Part shown: positions 38,349 through 48,016 of the stretch, one piece after another
Layout: each line of letters begins with the position of its first letter
Numbering within the stretch: the stretch's first letter is position 1
Sequence record: NC_071015.1
DNA: 64,000 bases
Reading direction: 5' to 3' (one strand)
Translations under genes and position numbers: made by a program
The notes under the pieces: generated by a model
The model's input: the letters and a program-made list of their open reading frames with translations, nothing else
The model's database searches: none
What the model was told of the DNA's origin: nothing

Positions 38349-38759
38349 TTAATCCTCTTCAGTCTTACGAGAGGGTTTGCGTAAGATAGTTTTCTCAAAG
38401 ACGGTGTGTGTAACACCAGATTCTGTTTTGACCGCGATGGTTAAATCGGTCTCACTGATCTTCAGTATCTTTAACCCCATGAGAAACTTGTTGTAACTTA
38501 AGGTTCGTGAACAAAATAACGTATTTTGGATATTACCCAGATCAGTAGAACGGGCACGCTTAACTTCGGCGGCCGGAGCAGAGTCATCGGGGTGTATCCA
38601 ACGCAGGTAATCATCAAGATAAGTTTTCCACGTCGCTTGATTGATGCCAAGCTCCTCAATTATCTTTCTGAATAGTCGACTGGTTGTGTCAGTCAACTGT
38701 TCATAAGGAACAAAGTTCTTGTTCTTTATGACCGGTCGGGCCTTTTTGTTCTCATTCAT
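38349..38759 (-). CDS. Hypothetical basic protein
   Basis: 136 aa; helical N-terminal half, basic tail. Confidence 0.55.
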   Translation of the reverse strand: MNENKKARPVIKNKNFVPYEQLTDTTSRLFRKIIEELGINQATWKTYLDDYLRWIHPDDSAPAAEVKRARSTDLGNIQNTLFCSRTLSYNKFLMGLKILKISETDLTIAVKTESGVTHTVFEKTILRKPSRKTEED

Positions 38760-39306
38760 ATTGCGTCTCTATGTAGAATGAAATTATACTAACCAAATCT
38801 TCCAAGAGATATCTATATAATAGAGAATCATAAATCTCCAAATTGATGAGTCCAGTAATTGCATCATCAATCATCTCCTGTTGCCTAAAGTCGGGCTCTT
38901 GAATCAACCAGACTTGCAGCTGAAGATACGGCTTCAGTATTGAAATGAGCTCAAGCACGGACTGCTCATTAGAATACCAATCAGAAAAGTAACCCGTTTG
39001 TCTCGCAGTAGACAGTAGCGGACTACGTTCCAGTTCTGACTTCTTTAGTAACCCCTTTTCTAACAGCTTCACAGCACTCATAGACGACTTTGTATAAGTG
39101 GTGATCTCATTTATCGTCCCTTTGACGATATCGTCTGAGAACGCGATTAGGGAGCTATTTACGATATTGTGGAGGCTGGTGATGTATTTGTCATTAAAAA
39201 ATCCGCCAGCAAAATCATTTCTGATCTCAACAAGTTCCTTTTTAATTTTTGCAACTCGACGTTTGCGAAAGAATGGAATCTTGTTTAATAATTTTTCTAA
39301 GAACAT
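38752..39306 (-). CDS. Hypothetical protein
   Basis: Start moved to MFLEKLLNK (the track's extension overlaps the divergent gene). Confidence 0.55.
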   Translation of the reverse strand: MFLEKLLNKIPFFRKRRVAKIKKELVEIRNDFAGGFFNDKYITSLHNIVNSSLIAFSDDIVKGTINEITTYTKSSMSAVKLLEKGLLKKSELERSPLLSTARQTGYFSDWYSNEQSVLELISILKPYLQLQVWLIQEPDFRQQEMIDDAITGLINLEIYDSLLYRYLLEDLVSIISFYIETQYE

Positions 39307-39417
39307 GACAACCCCGAGTTTAGTAACGAATATTATTAAAATAGATTTCCACGGTATCTGCTTTGATAATATTTGTCTAAAATATAATGGTTGGTTTAAA
39401 AATAATTGGAGCAAGCC

Positions 39418-40017
39418 ATGTACGATGATGACAATATGGACGGTCAGGCTCCGGGCCCAATCGACGACCGTCTGCAGAAAGAAAAAGATAAAGATGCCCT
39501 GATCGCTCAAATCCAGGCCGTGTTAGACGGCGGTCATTCCGTAGAGAATGAGAACAGCTTGATTGGCTTGATGCAATCGCAACGTCGTCTGCTGTTGGAC
39601 ATTGCCACGCAAACCTTTATCAACAAACCCAACAACCCTAAGCTGCTGGATTCCATCAATACGATTCTGGCACAGATGGAAAAGACGGTACGCGATAACC
39701 GTAAAGAGCGCTTGAAAGACAGAGAATTGGAAGACAACAAAGCGAACTTCTCTACCTTTGTTAACGCCTTAAATGAGATCTCTGCTGGTCGCATTAAAAT
39801 GCCTGACTACGGTGACATGGCGATCATTCTTGATCCCCTGGCTCCAGTGGTTGACCTCTCTGACGATCCCGATAGCGAGATCCGAGAAGAAGAGTATGTG
39901 CAGGGTCGACAGATTCTGGACAGCAATCAAATCAAAGAGTCTTTTGAGATTGATGAAGAAACGCCAGTCAAATTGGCTGATGAAGATTCGGAAGACGAGT
40001 TCGATCCTGACATGTAA
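39418..40017 (+). CDS. Hypothetical acidic coiled-coil protein
   Basis: Start MYDDD with SD GGAG; helical core, acidic tail. Confidence 0.6.
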   Translation: MYDDDNMDGQAPGPIDDRLQKEKDKDALIAQIQAVLDGGHSVENENSLIGLMQSQRRLLLDIATQTFINKPNNPKLLDSINTILAQMEKTVRDNRKERLKDRELEDNKANFSTFVNALNEISAGRIKMPDYGDMAIILDPLAPVVDLSDDPDSEIREEEYVQGRQILDSNQIKESFEIDEETPVKLADEDSEDEFDPDM

Positions 40018-40032
40018 AGCAAAACGGTTAAA

Positions 40033-40066
40033 CATCTCCAGAGAGCCATTGGCTCTCTGGAGGATG
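40033..40066. terminator. Hairpin at convergent junction
   Basis: TCCAGAGAGCC-ATT-GGCTCTCTGGA, 11-bp stem plus extension. Confidence 0.65.
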
Positions 40067-40070
40067 ACCC

Positions 40071-40808
40071 TTATTCTACATAATCGAATATGGTTTTCGG
40101 ATATGGTACCCAGGTTATTTTACCACCTTGAGTCACGTTCAATTTTCCAATTAAATTGATCAGCTCTTCGCTTTTCATTTCAGGAGGAAGTTCTTCTTCA
40201 CTCTTTGCCAGCACATCCGGAACAATGAACCGTGTGTTCGTTTGCTGCGATGTGACGTAGTTATCCCAATAGGTCTTATAGTCCGGAGAGTTTAAGAACC
40301 CATACAGGAACACATAGTGGTATGAGTGAAGGACCGCTGGAAGAATTTCTTCATGCGGGATTGATACAAAAGATAGAGAGATGTTAAATGGAACCGCACC
40401 CCGAATGACTGAGTTTAATTCCTGTAACATATCATCAGAGAGCTCGTAAGGAAATAAATTGACCGTCAAACTGAACGTGCCAGCCGAGATCATCTGTCCT
40501 ACCCCGAACTCAATCTCTCGTGCAATGCTAAAGAGATTTTTAATCAACTTGCTTGGACGAATGAAGACCTGAGTATCGTCTTCAAAGTCAGCAATGGACC
40601 GCTTAGCAAACCGTGTCCGATAAGCGGCATGGGTGACACCCAGCTCAGGCTGATTAAAGAAATCAAAGCGGCGACGTTTATAGACTTCCGCAAAATTTCG
40701 ATCCCAGTCAAACTTGGTGTTCCCACTTTCCAGTGCAACCTTGGTGATGATACCACGACGAGCGTCAAACAAAGAGTCCATGTCAGTAAAACACATGATA
40801 CTGTTCAT
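40071..40808 (-). CDS. HAD-like (DxD) protein, function uncertain
   Basis: N-terminal CFTDMDSLFD resembles HAD motif I; other motifs not confidently placed. Confidence 0.4.
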   Translation of the reverse strand: MNSIMCFTDMDSLFDARRGIITKVALESGNTKFDWDRNFAEVYKRRRFDFFNQPELGVTHAAYRTRFAKRSIADFEDDTQVFIRPSKLIKNLFSIAREIEFGVGQMISAGTFSLTVNLFPYELSDDMLQELNSVIRGAVPFNISLSFVSIPHEEILPAVLHSYHYVFLYGFLNSPDYKTYWDNYVTSQQTNTRFIVPDVLAKSEEELPPEMKSEELINLIGKLNVTQGGKITWVPYPKTIFDYVE

Positions 40809-41266
40809 TTACGAGTTCTCCGTATCGCGTTCTCCTCTGCGATAAGTTGCTTCTTCTGTTCCACTGCCAACGAGATCTGATCACGATGAACAGAGAAGAA
40901 CAAAAGCAACTGCTCAGCCGGGGACAAGTCATTAAAACTAAAGTCCACTGCCGAGCCAAAGATCGGATCCTTAACAACATCGTTAAAGGAATCTCCGAAC
41001 TCTTTCAATGCAGGCTTGGTGTAAGGTTGAGCAAATGCACGTACAAACATGGTAACGAAATAGTTGTACATGTTCTTCTCATTACCCAGAGATTTGTGGA
41101 ACTCATTTAAAGCAGTCTTAAATGAGACCAAGGGTGATAAGAAGATGTGGTCATTGGACTTCTCCCAGAAATTGGAGCTGTCTCTATTGACCACACATTC
41201 GTTATACAACTCCGATGCATAGAACGCTATCAGTGCATGGAGCGGATGGATTTTTGACTCTTCCAT
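40805..41266 (-). CDS. Hypothetical protein
   Basis: 153 aa; coupled to both neighbours. Confidence 0.55.
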   Translation of the reverse strand: MEESKIHPLHALIAFYASELYNECVVNRDSSNFWEKSNDHIFLSPLVSFKTALNEFHKSLGNEKNMYNYFVTMFVRAFAQPYTKPALKEFGDSFNDVVKDPIFGSAVDFSFNDLSPAEQLLLFFSVHRDQISLAVEQKKQLIAEENAIRRTRK

Positions 41267-41943
41267 TAATCACGGTCCGCCAGGTTATTATCCAGATGCT
41301 GACCCCGCAGTAAGAAATGCGCCGTCTGTAACGACTTCACACCCGTACCCCGTTGTAGTGCAGACTCGGTAGTTGCACGACCAGACGTCAGGATGTCATT
41401 CTTATACGCACGGTAAGCACCGGCGTCACCACCACGCACATCAGCCAGCTCTTTAGCGAGAGTAGGAAGGCCCAATGAAAGCAGAACCTGAATCTCTGGG
41501 TTAGAGATCCCCCCTGCACGAGAATCACCCGTAGGTTGTCCTGTGAGGTCTTCTACTTCATGGTCATGCTTGGATGCCCCAAACTTCTTCGCTTGTAACT
41601 GACGCTGTTTACGCACCTCAGCAATCCCGACCAATGCGGTTTCTGGAGTGGTATGTTCTAACCCTGTATCAGGGTCGGTGATGACAAGCTGTTGCTCCAG
41701 AGGGATGTCAAACTCTGCTGCCACTTTAACCATGTGATCATAGTTGATCGTTTCAGCCATGTCAAAGTTGTCAACAAACATCGGGATAAACCCGCTGTCA
41801 CAAACTCCGTTCCAGAACGCTTTGAATTGGTCGTCACTAAGACGACCAAACAGTTCGGTATAGAGTTTGTGGTTCCCTCCACCCTTGGTAAACTTCTTCG
41901 CTAAAAGAAGTACACCGTTTTCAATTTCCTTACGATTTTTCAT
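41266..41943 (-). CDS. Virion RNA polymerase beta subunit C-terminal piece (phiKZ gp149-like)
   Basis: DLTGQPTGDSRAGGISNPEIQVLLSLG...ELADVRGGD parallels RpoB [29 protein letters not shown]...EMLTVKSDD. Confidence 0.85.
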   Translation of the reverse strand: MKNRKEIENGVLLLAKKFTKGGGNHKLYTELFGRLSDDQFKAFWNGVCDSGFIPMFVDNFDMAETINYDHMVKVAAEFDIPLEQQLVITDPDTGLEHTTPETALVGIAEVRKQRQLQAKKFGASKHDHEVEDLTGQPTGDSRAGGISNPEIQVLLSLGLPTLAKELADVRGGDAGAYRAYKNDILTSGRATTESALQRGTGVKSLQTAHFLLRGQHLDNNLADRD

Positions 41944-42331
41944 TACTCAAAGTCCCGTAACCATAAATGGTAAAGGTCTTCGAGAGTTCACCTGCACAAT
42001 TACCTAAAGCAGAAACGTACGGATCGTTCTCGAAGTTGGCGATAACCACCATTTCGTCGAATTGGTTCAAATGATCATCGAGACTCTTAATGAACGCCGT
42101 TTTGTTTCGATCGTCTACGTCGATCAGACTGTCGAACGGAATACCATACCGACCACTGACAGAAATGATGCGCAGATTGCTTTCACCGGCACGTTTGGTC
42201 AAGAAGCCATTGAGCTTCGCAACGTACGCGTCTTTATCGATTACTGTGTGCAGGAAATCCGGTTCGCAAATTACCAGAACCGAATAATCATAACTAAAAT
42301 CACTCATCTTCTTTCTTATCCTTTTAGCCAA
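41930..42331 (-). CDS. Hypothetical protein
   Basis: 133-aa ORF between uvsX and vRNAP piece. Confidence 0.55.
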   Translation of the reverse strand: MAKRIRKKMSDFSYDYSVLVICEPDFLHTVIDKDAYVAKLNGFLTKRAGESNLRIISVSGRYGIPFDSLIDVDDRNKTAFIKSLDDHLNQFDEMVVIANFENDPYVSALGNCAGELSKTFTIYGYGTLSNEKS

Positions 42332-43785
42332 TAAGGCTTCTTACCATTTACAACAATTTCCATGAGTTCATAAACGGTCAAAGTGTGTTTTTTGATAAAT
42401 TCCGGATTATCATGCCAGAAGTAAACTGTGTTCTCCAGGATGTCGTCCCAATCGAGACCCTGGGCCTTGCCTTTCTCATACAGCTCAGCAGGTGTGAGTT
42501 TCCACTCTGCCGGGAAGTTTTCCCAGAACGTTTGTTCATACCAGAGCTGCCAACAAATTTCAATAGCACGTTGAAGTTTCGGATTAGCTTCCGGACCTTC
42601 AATCATGTCACGTACGGTGGGGCGAGTAATGGATACATCGGGGAGTAATGCACAGGCATGGCGAACGGCCGAACCGGTTAAACCAAAATATGCATTGTCT
42701 TTGAGCATGTCATACATAGACAAGTTCTCAAGGATCCCCTCTGACTGACCCGCCACAAACGCAATATCACCGCCAGATGAACCAGACTTGTTACGGAATA
42801 CCGTAGTAAAGTATTGGACGAGTTCTGGGTTAGATTTCGCATTAGAAGAGATTGTGGACTCTTTGCCGCGAGGATAAGTGACAGAATGGTCAGACTGTTT
42901 CAGTACCTGACCTTTAATAATTTCAATGCCGATATGAGGCAATTTCAGCATGGCTTTTGGTGCGGCCAGCTTTTTGTTGTGACGCAGGAAGGTAGAATCT
43001 TTCTCTTTTGGCTTACCGTCCATGTTAATGACGTCAGCGGACTGAGCGATCCAATAAGAACGTAACCCAACGCGTGGACCCAGGATACAGGTGTCTGTCA
43101 TCAAAATACGACGCAGGTTACCGATCTCCATGTCACGGGTACGTTTCTTACCGCCTTCATCCATTTCCCCTTCTTCGAACTGTTTGAACATCAGGTTGTC
43201 AAACATGACTTCGGAGATAGAATCGCATACAAAGAGAATCGGATGCATTACCTGAATATATTTCTTAGACTTCTCAGACCAGAACGGTGTATCCAGGAAC
43301 AGTTGCTTGTACGCTTCCTGCTCGGCTTTGTCTTTAGATTCAGCCAGGGCATTGATGGTTTTGTAGATCTCAATAACTTTGTTATGGAGTTCAGTCCCGT
43401 CGATTCCAGCCGAGTTCGGCATGTAGTGGAAGCGCACATCTTCAATGTATTCAGCGAAGTAACCAGGAATGCCGTACAAACGGTCCACAGCTTCGGCCAG
43501 ACGTGAGATGTCGAGCGTTGATTCAGTGTCTCCGTACAGGATCACCGAGTTTTGGAAACGGAACAAAAGAGAAGCAACATCAGCAACTGTGCGACCCGTC
43601 TTTTGGGTGTTGTTGCCGCCAGCCAGGGCATTGATCGGCATCAGACCACCGTTCTGATACCAAACCCCATTTTTCCCTTTAATCATGTTAGTTGTCAACA
43701 TGTCAAAAATAGGAGAAACGTTTAGCCCTATTTGTAAGTTACTTTCTGCACCGTAGTCCTTTAAAAAATTCAAAGCGCTAAGCAT
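42316..43785 (-). CDS. uvsX: UvsX/RecA-like recombinase (phiKZ gp152-like)
   Basis: Start moved to MLSALNF; Walker A-like GGNNTQKT, YGDTE, Walker B FVCDS; 489 aa. Confidence 0.75.
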   Translation of the reverse strand: MLSALNFLKDYGAESNLQIGLNVSPIFDMLTTNMIKGKNGVWYQNGGLMPINALAGGNNTQKTGRTVADVASLLFRFQNSVILYGDTESTLDISRLAEAVDRLYGIPGYFAEYIEDVRFHYMPNSAGIDGTELHNKVIEIYKTINALAESKDKAEQEAYKQLFLDTPFWSEKSKKYIQVMHPILFVCDSISEVMFDNLMFKQFEEGEMDEGGKKRTRDMEIGNLRRILMTDTCILGPRVGLRSYWIAQSADVINMDGKPKEKDSTFLRHNKKLAAPKAMLKLPHIGIEIIKGQVLKQSDHSVTYPRGKESTISSNAKSNPELVQYFTTVFRNKSGSSGGDIAFVAGQSEGILENLSMYDMLKDNAYFGLTGSAVRHACALLPDVSITRPTVRDMIEGPEANPKLQRAIEICWQLWYEQTFWENFPAEWKLTPAELYEKGKAQGLDWDDILENTVYFWHDNPEFIKKHTLTVYELMEIVVNGKKPYWLKG

Positions 43786-43852
43786 TCGTACACCCTTTGT
43801 GTTAAATGTTATGAAACGTTTCGTGTTACACACTAATGGAGATTTCCATAGC

Positions 43853-44635
43853 ATGTCTACTTCAAATATTAACCACGACACTGTCGATGGGCAAGAAGCC
43901 CTGACTGTCGGGGAAAAGTTTATGTCCTTCTTTAAAGAGCTTAGTGTTGGCATTGATGCCTTTAATGCTAAGAACTTTAACAAGTCCATTCATAAAGTTG
44001 AGGGAATCCAAATCTGGAAAAATCTCAGCGACAAGAATGTTTACTTCTCTGTCTCTACCAAACATATCCCCGTCCCAGTATTCTTTAACTCGGACAAGAT
44101 TTCGTTTAAAGAGTACGTAGAATTCGTGCTGAAAGCCGTACCGATTCTGAAGCTGGTCGATACCCAAGCGGATATCGTTTACCGTGGTATTAAAACTGTT
44201 GCTGCAACAGGTAAAGTACCGTTCTCGTTGGGTAATGTCGATAACACCATTAAGATCAACGAGACACGCGCTCAGTTCACTAATGTGTTCGAAGACACCC
44301 GTACCTATACCCGAGCGGTAAACCAGGTTTATAAGAACTTTGGTGAAGCCTACGAGCTGATGCAGAATTTCAACACTATCGTGGGTTCTCTGCAATCCCG
44401 CGACGTAGAATTGGTTTCTAAGCGTGTTGATCAGGTTGTCAACATCGTGAAGATCCTGAAAGCCAAAACAGAAGCCAACGAAATTGGCCTGGCTGAAAAA
44501 GAAACCCGTTTACTGAACGACACCATTTCTAACTTGGTGGATAACGTTACCTTTGCAGGTAAGATGATTAACCAGCTTAGTGAAATGACTCGCGTCCTGC
44601 AACTGCAAACTGACGAAGCCAGAAAACTGCAATAA
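43853..44635 (+). CDS. Putative virion (head) protein
   Basis: Start moved to MSTSN; GTTATG at 43808; early DGQE possible maturation site; strong codon bias. Confidence 0.55.
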   Translation: MSTSNINHDTVDGQEALTVGEKFMSFFKELSVGIDAFNAKNFNKSIHKVEGIQIWKNLSDKNVYFSVSTKHIPVPVFFNSDKISFKEYVEFVLKAVPILKLVDTQADIVYRGIKTVAATGKVPFSLGNVDNTIKINETRAQFTNVFEDTRTYTRAVNQVYKNFGEAYELMQNFNTIVGSLQSRDVELVSKRVDQVVNIVKILKAKTEANEIGLAEKETRLLNDTISNLVDNVTFAGKMINQLSEMTRVLQLQTDEARKLQ

Positions 44636-44645
44636 AATGCATACT

Positions 44646-44675
44646 AACCTTACTGGGCCGAAACCCAGTAAGGTT
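44646..44675. terminator. Bidirectional hairpin terminator
   Basis: AACCTTACTGGG-CCGAAA-CCCAGTAAGGTT followed by ATGTTTG. Confidence 0.8.
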
Positions 44676-44682
44676 ATGTTTG

Positions 44683-45834
44683 TTATGCGCGGAAAATGTG
44701 CGGTGAGTCAATCAGACCCAGACGGGTTGCAAACACACGCTCAAAGCCCTGACTGTAATCGTTGAGGATTTGATCGGTGTAACCTTGCAACGCTGCGGTC
44801 ACGACTTTATTATCGTCATTACGGCCGAAGATTGCAAAGGTGTCAATGTCGATAGAATAAAGGTCTACGCCCTCTTCTTTCGGAATGCCTTCCAACAGTT
44901 TGAACAGCTTGTCGGTTTCTGCATCCAGTACTTCGAAACACGCTTTGTTGTTCGGAGTTTCTGGTGCATCAGAACGCCAATTGTCTTTACCACCGAAAGT
45001 GATGTAGTTAACGTTTTGATCCAGGAATGCTTTCACCAGTGTCAGGTTAACCGCCAGTTCGGTGTAGCGAAGCAGTTCCGGTGCTGAATTGATCTTTTTG
45101 TTAGCAAACAGTGCCGTAACCAAACTGTTGATGTGATCCAGACGTGACTGAACTTTCTCAGCGACTTCTTTCAGATACACTTGAGCATCTGCTTCGGTAA
45201 CTGGAGTACGTTCAATGACGCGTCCGTTGTTTTCGCTGGAAACCGGCGGAACTTTGTCAAAGCACAGTTCTACTTTGAAGTTGCGACCCATTTCGGTGTT
45301 GAAGGTGATAATACCATCGAAGTCTTTCACTACTTCGGTGTCAAGCGCTACCTTCTCCATACCGGAGTTGATGATCTGTGCAATCTCGCGAATGGTGATG
45401 CTGCTCGCTTTTACCAGGCCTTCCAGACGACGATCCACAGCGATGTAGTCTTCACCTACCAGAGACCAGAATGCGCTCTCTTTGTAGTACGGGTCTTCTG
45501 GATCCTGCGGGAAGGAAATAGACGTAACGCTCGGCTGCAACCACAGCTTGCCGGAGGTGTTCATCATCTCTTCAACTTGTCGCAACGCCATGTGACCGTT
45601 TTCACCATTAACACCCTGATCCAGCATCAGCCAGAACGTTGGCAGGAAATCAGTTTTTACCAGATAGTTCCAGTTCTCGCCCAGCGATACTTTGTAACGA
45701 TCTCGCCATTCCTGCTCTTCGATTTTGAAGCTCCCCGGATTGATCACCGGTTGGTGCAGAAATTGGGAGAACATATACAGATTAAAATGGTTCTCGCTCT
45801 GGAAATCGATTTCGTGTAATTGTTGTTCTTTCAT
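44683..45834 (-). CDS. Hypothetical protein, probably highly expressed
   Basis: 383 aa; strong codon bias. Confidence 0.6.
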   Translation of the reverse strand: MKEQQLHEIDFQSENHFNLYMFSQFLHQPVINPGSFKIEEQEWRDRYKVSLGENWNYLVKTDFLPTFWLMLDQGVNGENGHMALRQVEEMMNTSGKLWLQPSVTSISFPQDPEDPYYKESAFWSLVGEDYIAVDRRLEGLVKASSITIREIAQIINSGMEKVALDTEVVKDFDGIITFNTEMGRNFKVELCFDKVPPVSSENNGRVIERTPVTEADAQVYLKEVAEKVQSRLDHINSLVTALFANKKINSAPELLRYTELAVNLTLVKAFLDQNVNYITFGGKDNWRSDAPETPNNKACFEVLDAETDKLFKLLEGIPKEEGVDLYSIDIDTFAIFGRNDDNKVVTAALQGYTDQILNDYSQGFERVFATRLGLIDSPHIFRA

Positions 45835-45836
45835 TC

Positions 45837-45848
45837 AATAGGCCTATT
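45837..45848. promoter_or_regulatory. Palindrome providing AGG on both strands between head-to-head start codons
   Basis: AATAGGCCTATT inside a 17-bp gap between ATGs at 45834 (-) and 45852 (+). Confidence 0.5.
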
Positions 45849-45851
45849 AAA

Positions 45852-47966
45852 ATGATGGACTTTTTTAACTTTTCACCAAGTGTTGAAAAGGTCGGTTCTT
45901 ACTATGTTGTCAGCGGTATAAATTTAAACGCATTTGAAATTGATCTGCGCACCAACTTTGGGACGTCAGTCATCTTTAACCGGATGATTGTAAAGATAAA
46001 TTCCAGAAAGTTTAAAATACACCAGTTCTTCATGGTTGAACTCGCATGGATCCTTGACCACTTCACCACCAACAAAAATAAACGACAAGTGGATCGTTAT
46101 CGTGTTGGGATGTACAAGTATAAAGGCCTCTACGACGAGATCAAATCAAAGACATGGATTGAATCTACTTTCAATACGTACGCTCCTTATAATGTCGATA
46201 AGGCATTGAAAGACTTTGTCTACAGTCCTTATCCAGATCAGCGTCAATTCCTGGATGACTATGCCCGTATTAAATTCGGTTACCAACTGAGAGGATGTCT
46301 GCTAGACGCAGAGCCTGGGTCGGGTAAGACCTTCACCAGTCTCGTCTGGTCTGCAATGATCTCTCCCTATAAGACGCTGATTGTAGTACCAAAACACTTG
46401 GTCAACAAACCGTGGGTCAATGAAATGACCAACAACTATTTCAAGAAAGCCCCTAAGATCTGGACCTCTCTTGATAACACCAATCCACTTGACCATATGG
46501 ATTGTCAGTACTTCATTATCTATAAAGAGAATCTGCGTCGGGGTGAATACGACAAACTGATCAGTGCCATGAGTAAGAATGGGAAAGAGCCAATCAAAGT
46601 TATCGTGGATGAATCCCATAACTATAATGAGCATAAGTCCCAACAGACTCAAGGGTTGATCGAACTGTGTACTAACTCGTTTGTTTCTGACGTTCTGTTT
46701 ATGTCAGGGACCCCGATCAAAGCACAAGGTCGTGAAACGTTTGCACTCTTTACGATCATTGATAAGTTCTTTGATAAGTTTGTTCAGGATGACTTCCTGA
46801 AAATGTACGGACGTGATAACGCCTTCTTGAACGAAATGTTGGCTCACCGTTTGGGACGTATTAAATACACCATCACGAAAATTGAAGGAATGGACAAACC
46901 ACCAGAACCGATCCTGGTTCCGATCTCCTTCCCTGGGGCTGAACGGTATACCCTGTCCTCTATTCGTGCGGAGATGATGAACTTCATCACCGAACGCGTG
47001 GCGTATTACAATAAAGTGTTGCCGGACTACGTTCGTGACTGGAATGTGTTCGTTAATCATTATCGCACTTGGATTAAAGGCGACCAGTTAGAAGAGATGG
47101 AGTTGAACCAGTATGTGGAAACGGTTAACTATTTCCGCAAGCACGGGTACAATAACTTCACCGATGCTGACAAATCCAAATTCTGCCACAAGGTAGAAGC
47201 CAAGATCGAAAACGAATTACGCGGTGATGATCTGAAGTATTTCCGTAACATCAAATCAGCCGTGAAATATGTTGGGCTGAAGATTCGCGGTGAGGCATTA
47301 GGGCGAGTGTTGTCAAAAGCCCGTATGGAAGCGGTACGTGATATTATTCGACATGCCGATCTCCCCAGTCGTATTAATGCGGTTCAGAAGAAGACCGTGA
47401 TTTATACGTCATATATCGAGGTAATTCGTGAACTCATGAATTACTTTGAAGAAGTGGGGGTGAACTCAGCGTATGTGCACGGTGAGAACAGCAGCGAGAT
47501 TGATAAAATTGTCAATCAGTTTGCAGTGGATAAGAATCTTAATCCGCTCATCACCACGTACAATACCTTACGCGAAGGTTATCCATTGGTCATGGCCAAC
47601 CAGCTCATTCTGATGAATGCACCGTTCCGCTCTTATGAACTGAAACAAACCATTGCCCGTATTTACCGTAAAGGGCAAGACGCGGAATGTTTCGTTTATA
47701 TGATCGATCTGGATACGGGTGCTGAAGAGAACATCACTTCTCGCTCCATTGATATCATGGAATGGAGTAAAGAGCAGGTAGACGTTCTTTTGGGCGGTGG
47801 ACGTTTACCGGTAGAAGTGTCGGGGAATACTCTTGCCGTCAAAGGAGCTTTTGACATGACTGCATTAAAAGGATTCGAGTCATACGACAATGAGTTCTTG
47901 GATGTGCATCAGCATTTCGCCCACCAGGTGTCGTTTAAGAAATTGACGGCCAACGATTTATTTTAA
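45852..47966 (+). CDS. SNF2/DEXH-family helicase
   Basis: Walker A DAEPGSGKT, DESH, motif III SGTP, motif VI QTIARIYRKGQ. Confidence 0.85.
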   Translation: MMDFFNFSPSVEKVGSYYVVSGINLNAFEIDLRTNFGTSVIFNRMIVKINSRKFKIHQFFMVELAWILDHFTTNKNKRQVDRYRVGMYKYKGLYDEIKSKTWIESTFNTYAPYNVDKALKDFVYSPYPDQRQFLDDYARIKFGYQLRGCLLDAEPGSGKTFTSLVWSAMISPYKTLIVVPKHLVNKPWVNEMTNNYFKKAPKIWTSLDNTNPLDHMDCQYFIIYKENLRRGEYDKLISAMSKNGKEPIKVIVDESHNYNEHKSQQTQGLIELCTNSFVSDVLFMSGTPIKAQGRETFALFTIIDKFFDKFVQDDFLKMYGRDNAFLNEMLAHRLGRIKYTITKIEGMDKPPEPILVPISFPGAERYTLSSIRAEMMNFITERVAYYNKVLPDYVRDWNVFVNHYRTWIKGDQLEEMELNQYVETVNYFRKHGYNNFTDADKSKFCHKVEAKIENELRGDDLKYFRNIKSAVKYVGLKIRGEALGRVLSKARMEAVRDIIRHADLPSRINAVQKKTVIYTSYIEVIRELMNYFEEVGVNSAYVHGENSSEIDKIVNQFAVDKNLNPLITTYNTLREGYPLVMANQLILMNAPFRSYELKQTIARIYRKGQDAECFVYMIDLDTGAEENITSRSIDIMEWSKEQVDVLLGGGRLPVEVSGNTLAVKGAFDMTALKGFESYDNEFLDVHQHFAHQVSFKKLTANDLF

Positions 47967-48016
47967 TCTTACTTCCGCTCTATAAAGGCGGAATTACTTT
48001 CTTTAAAGGTATAACA

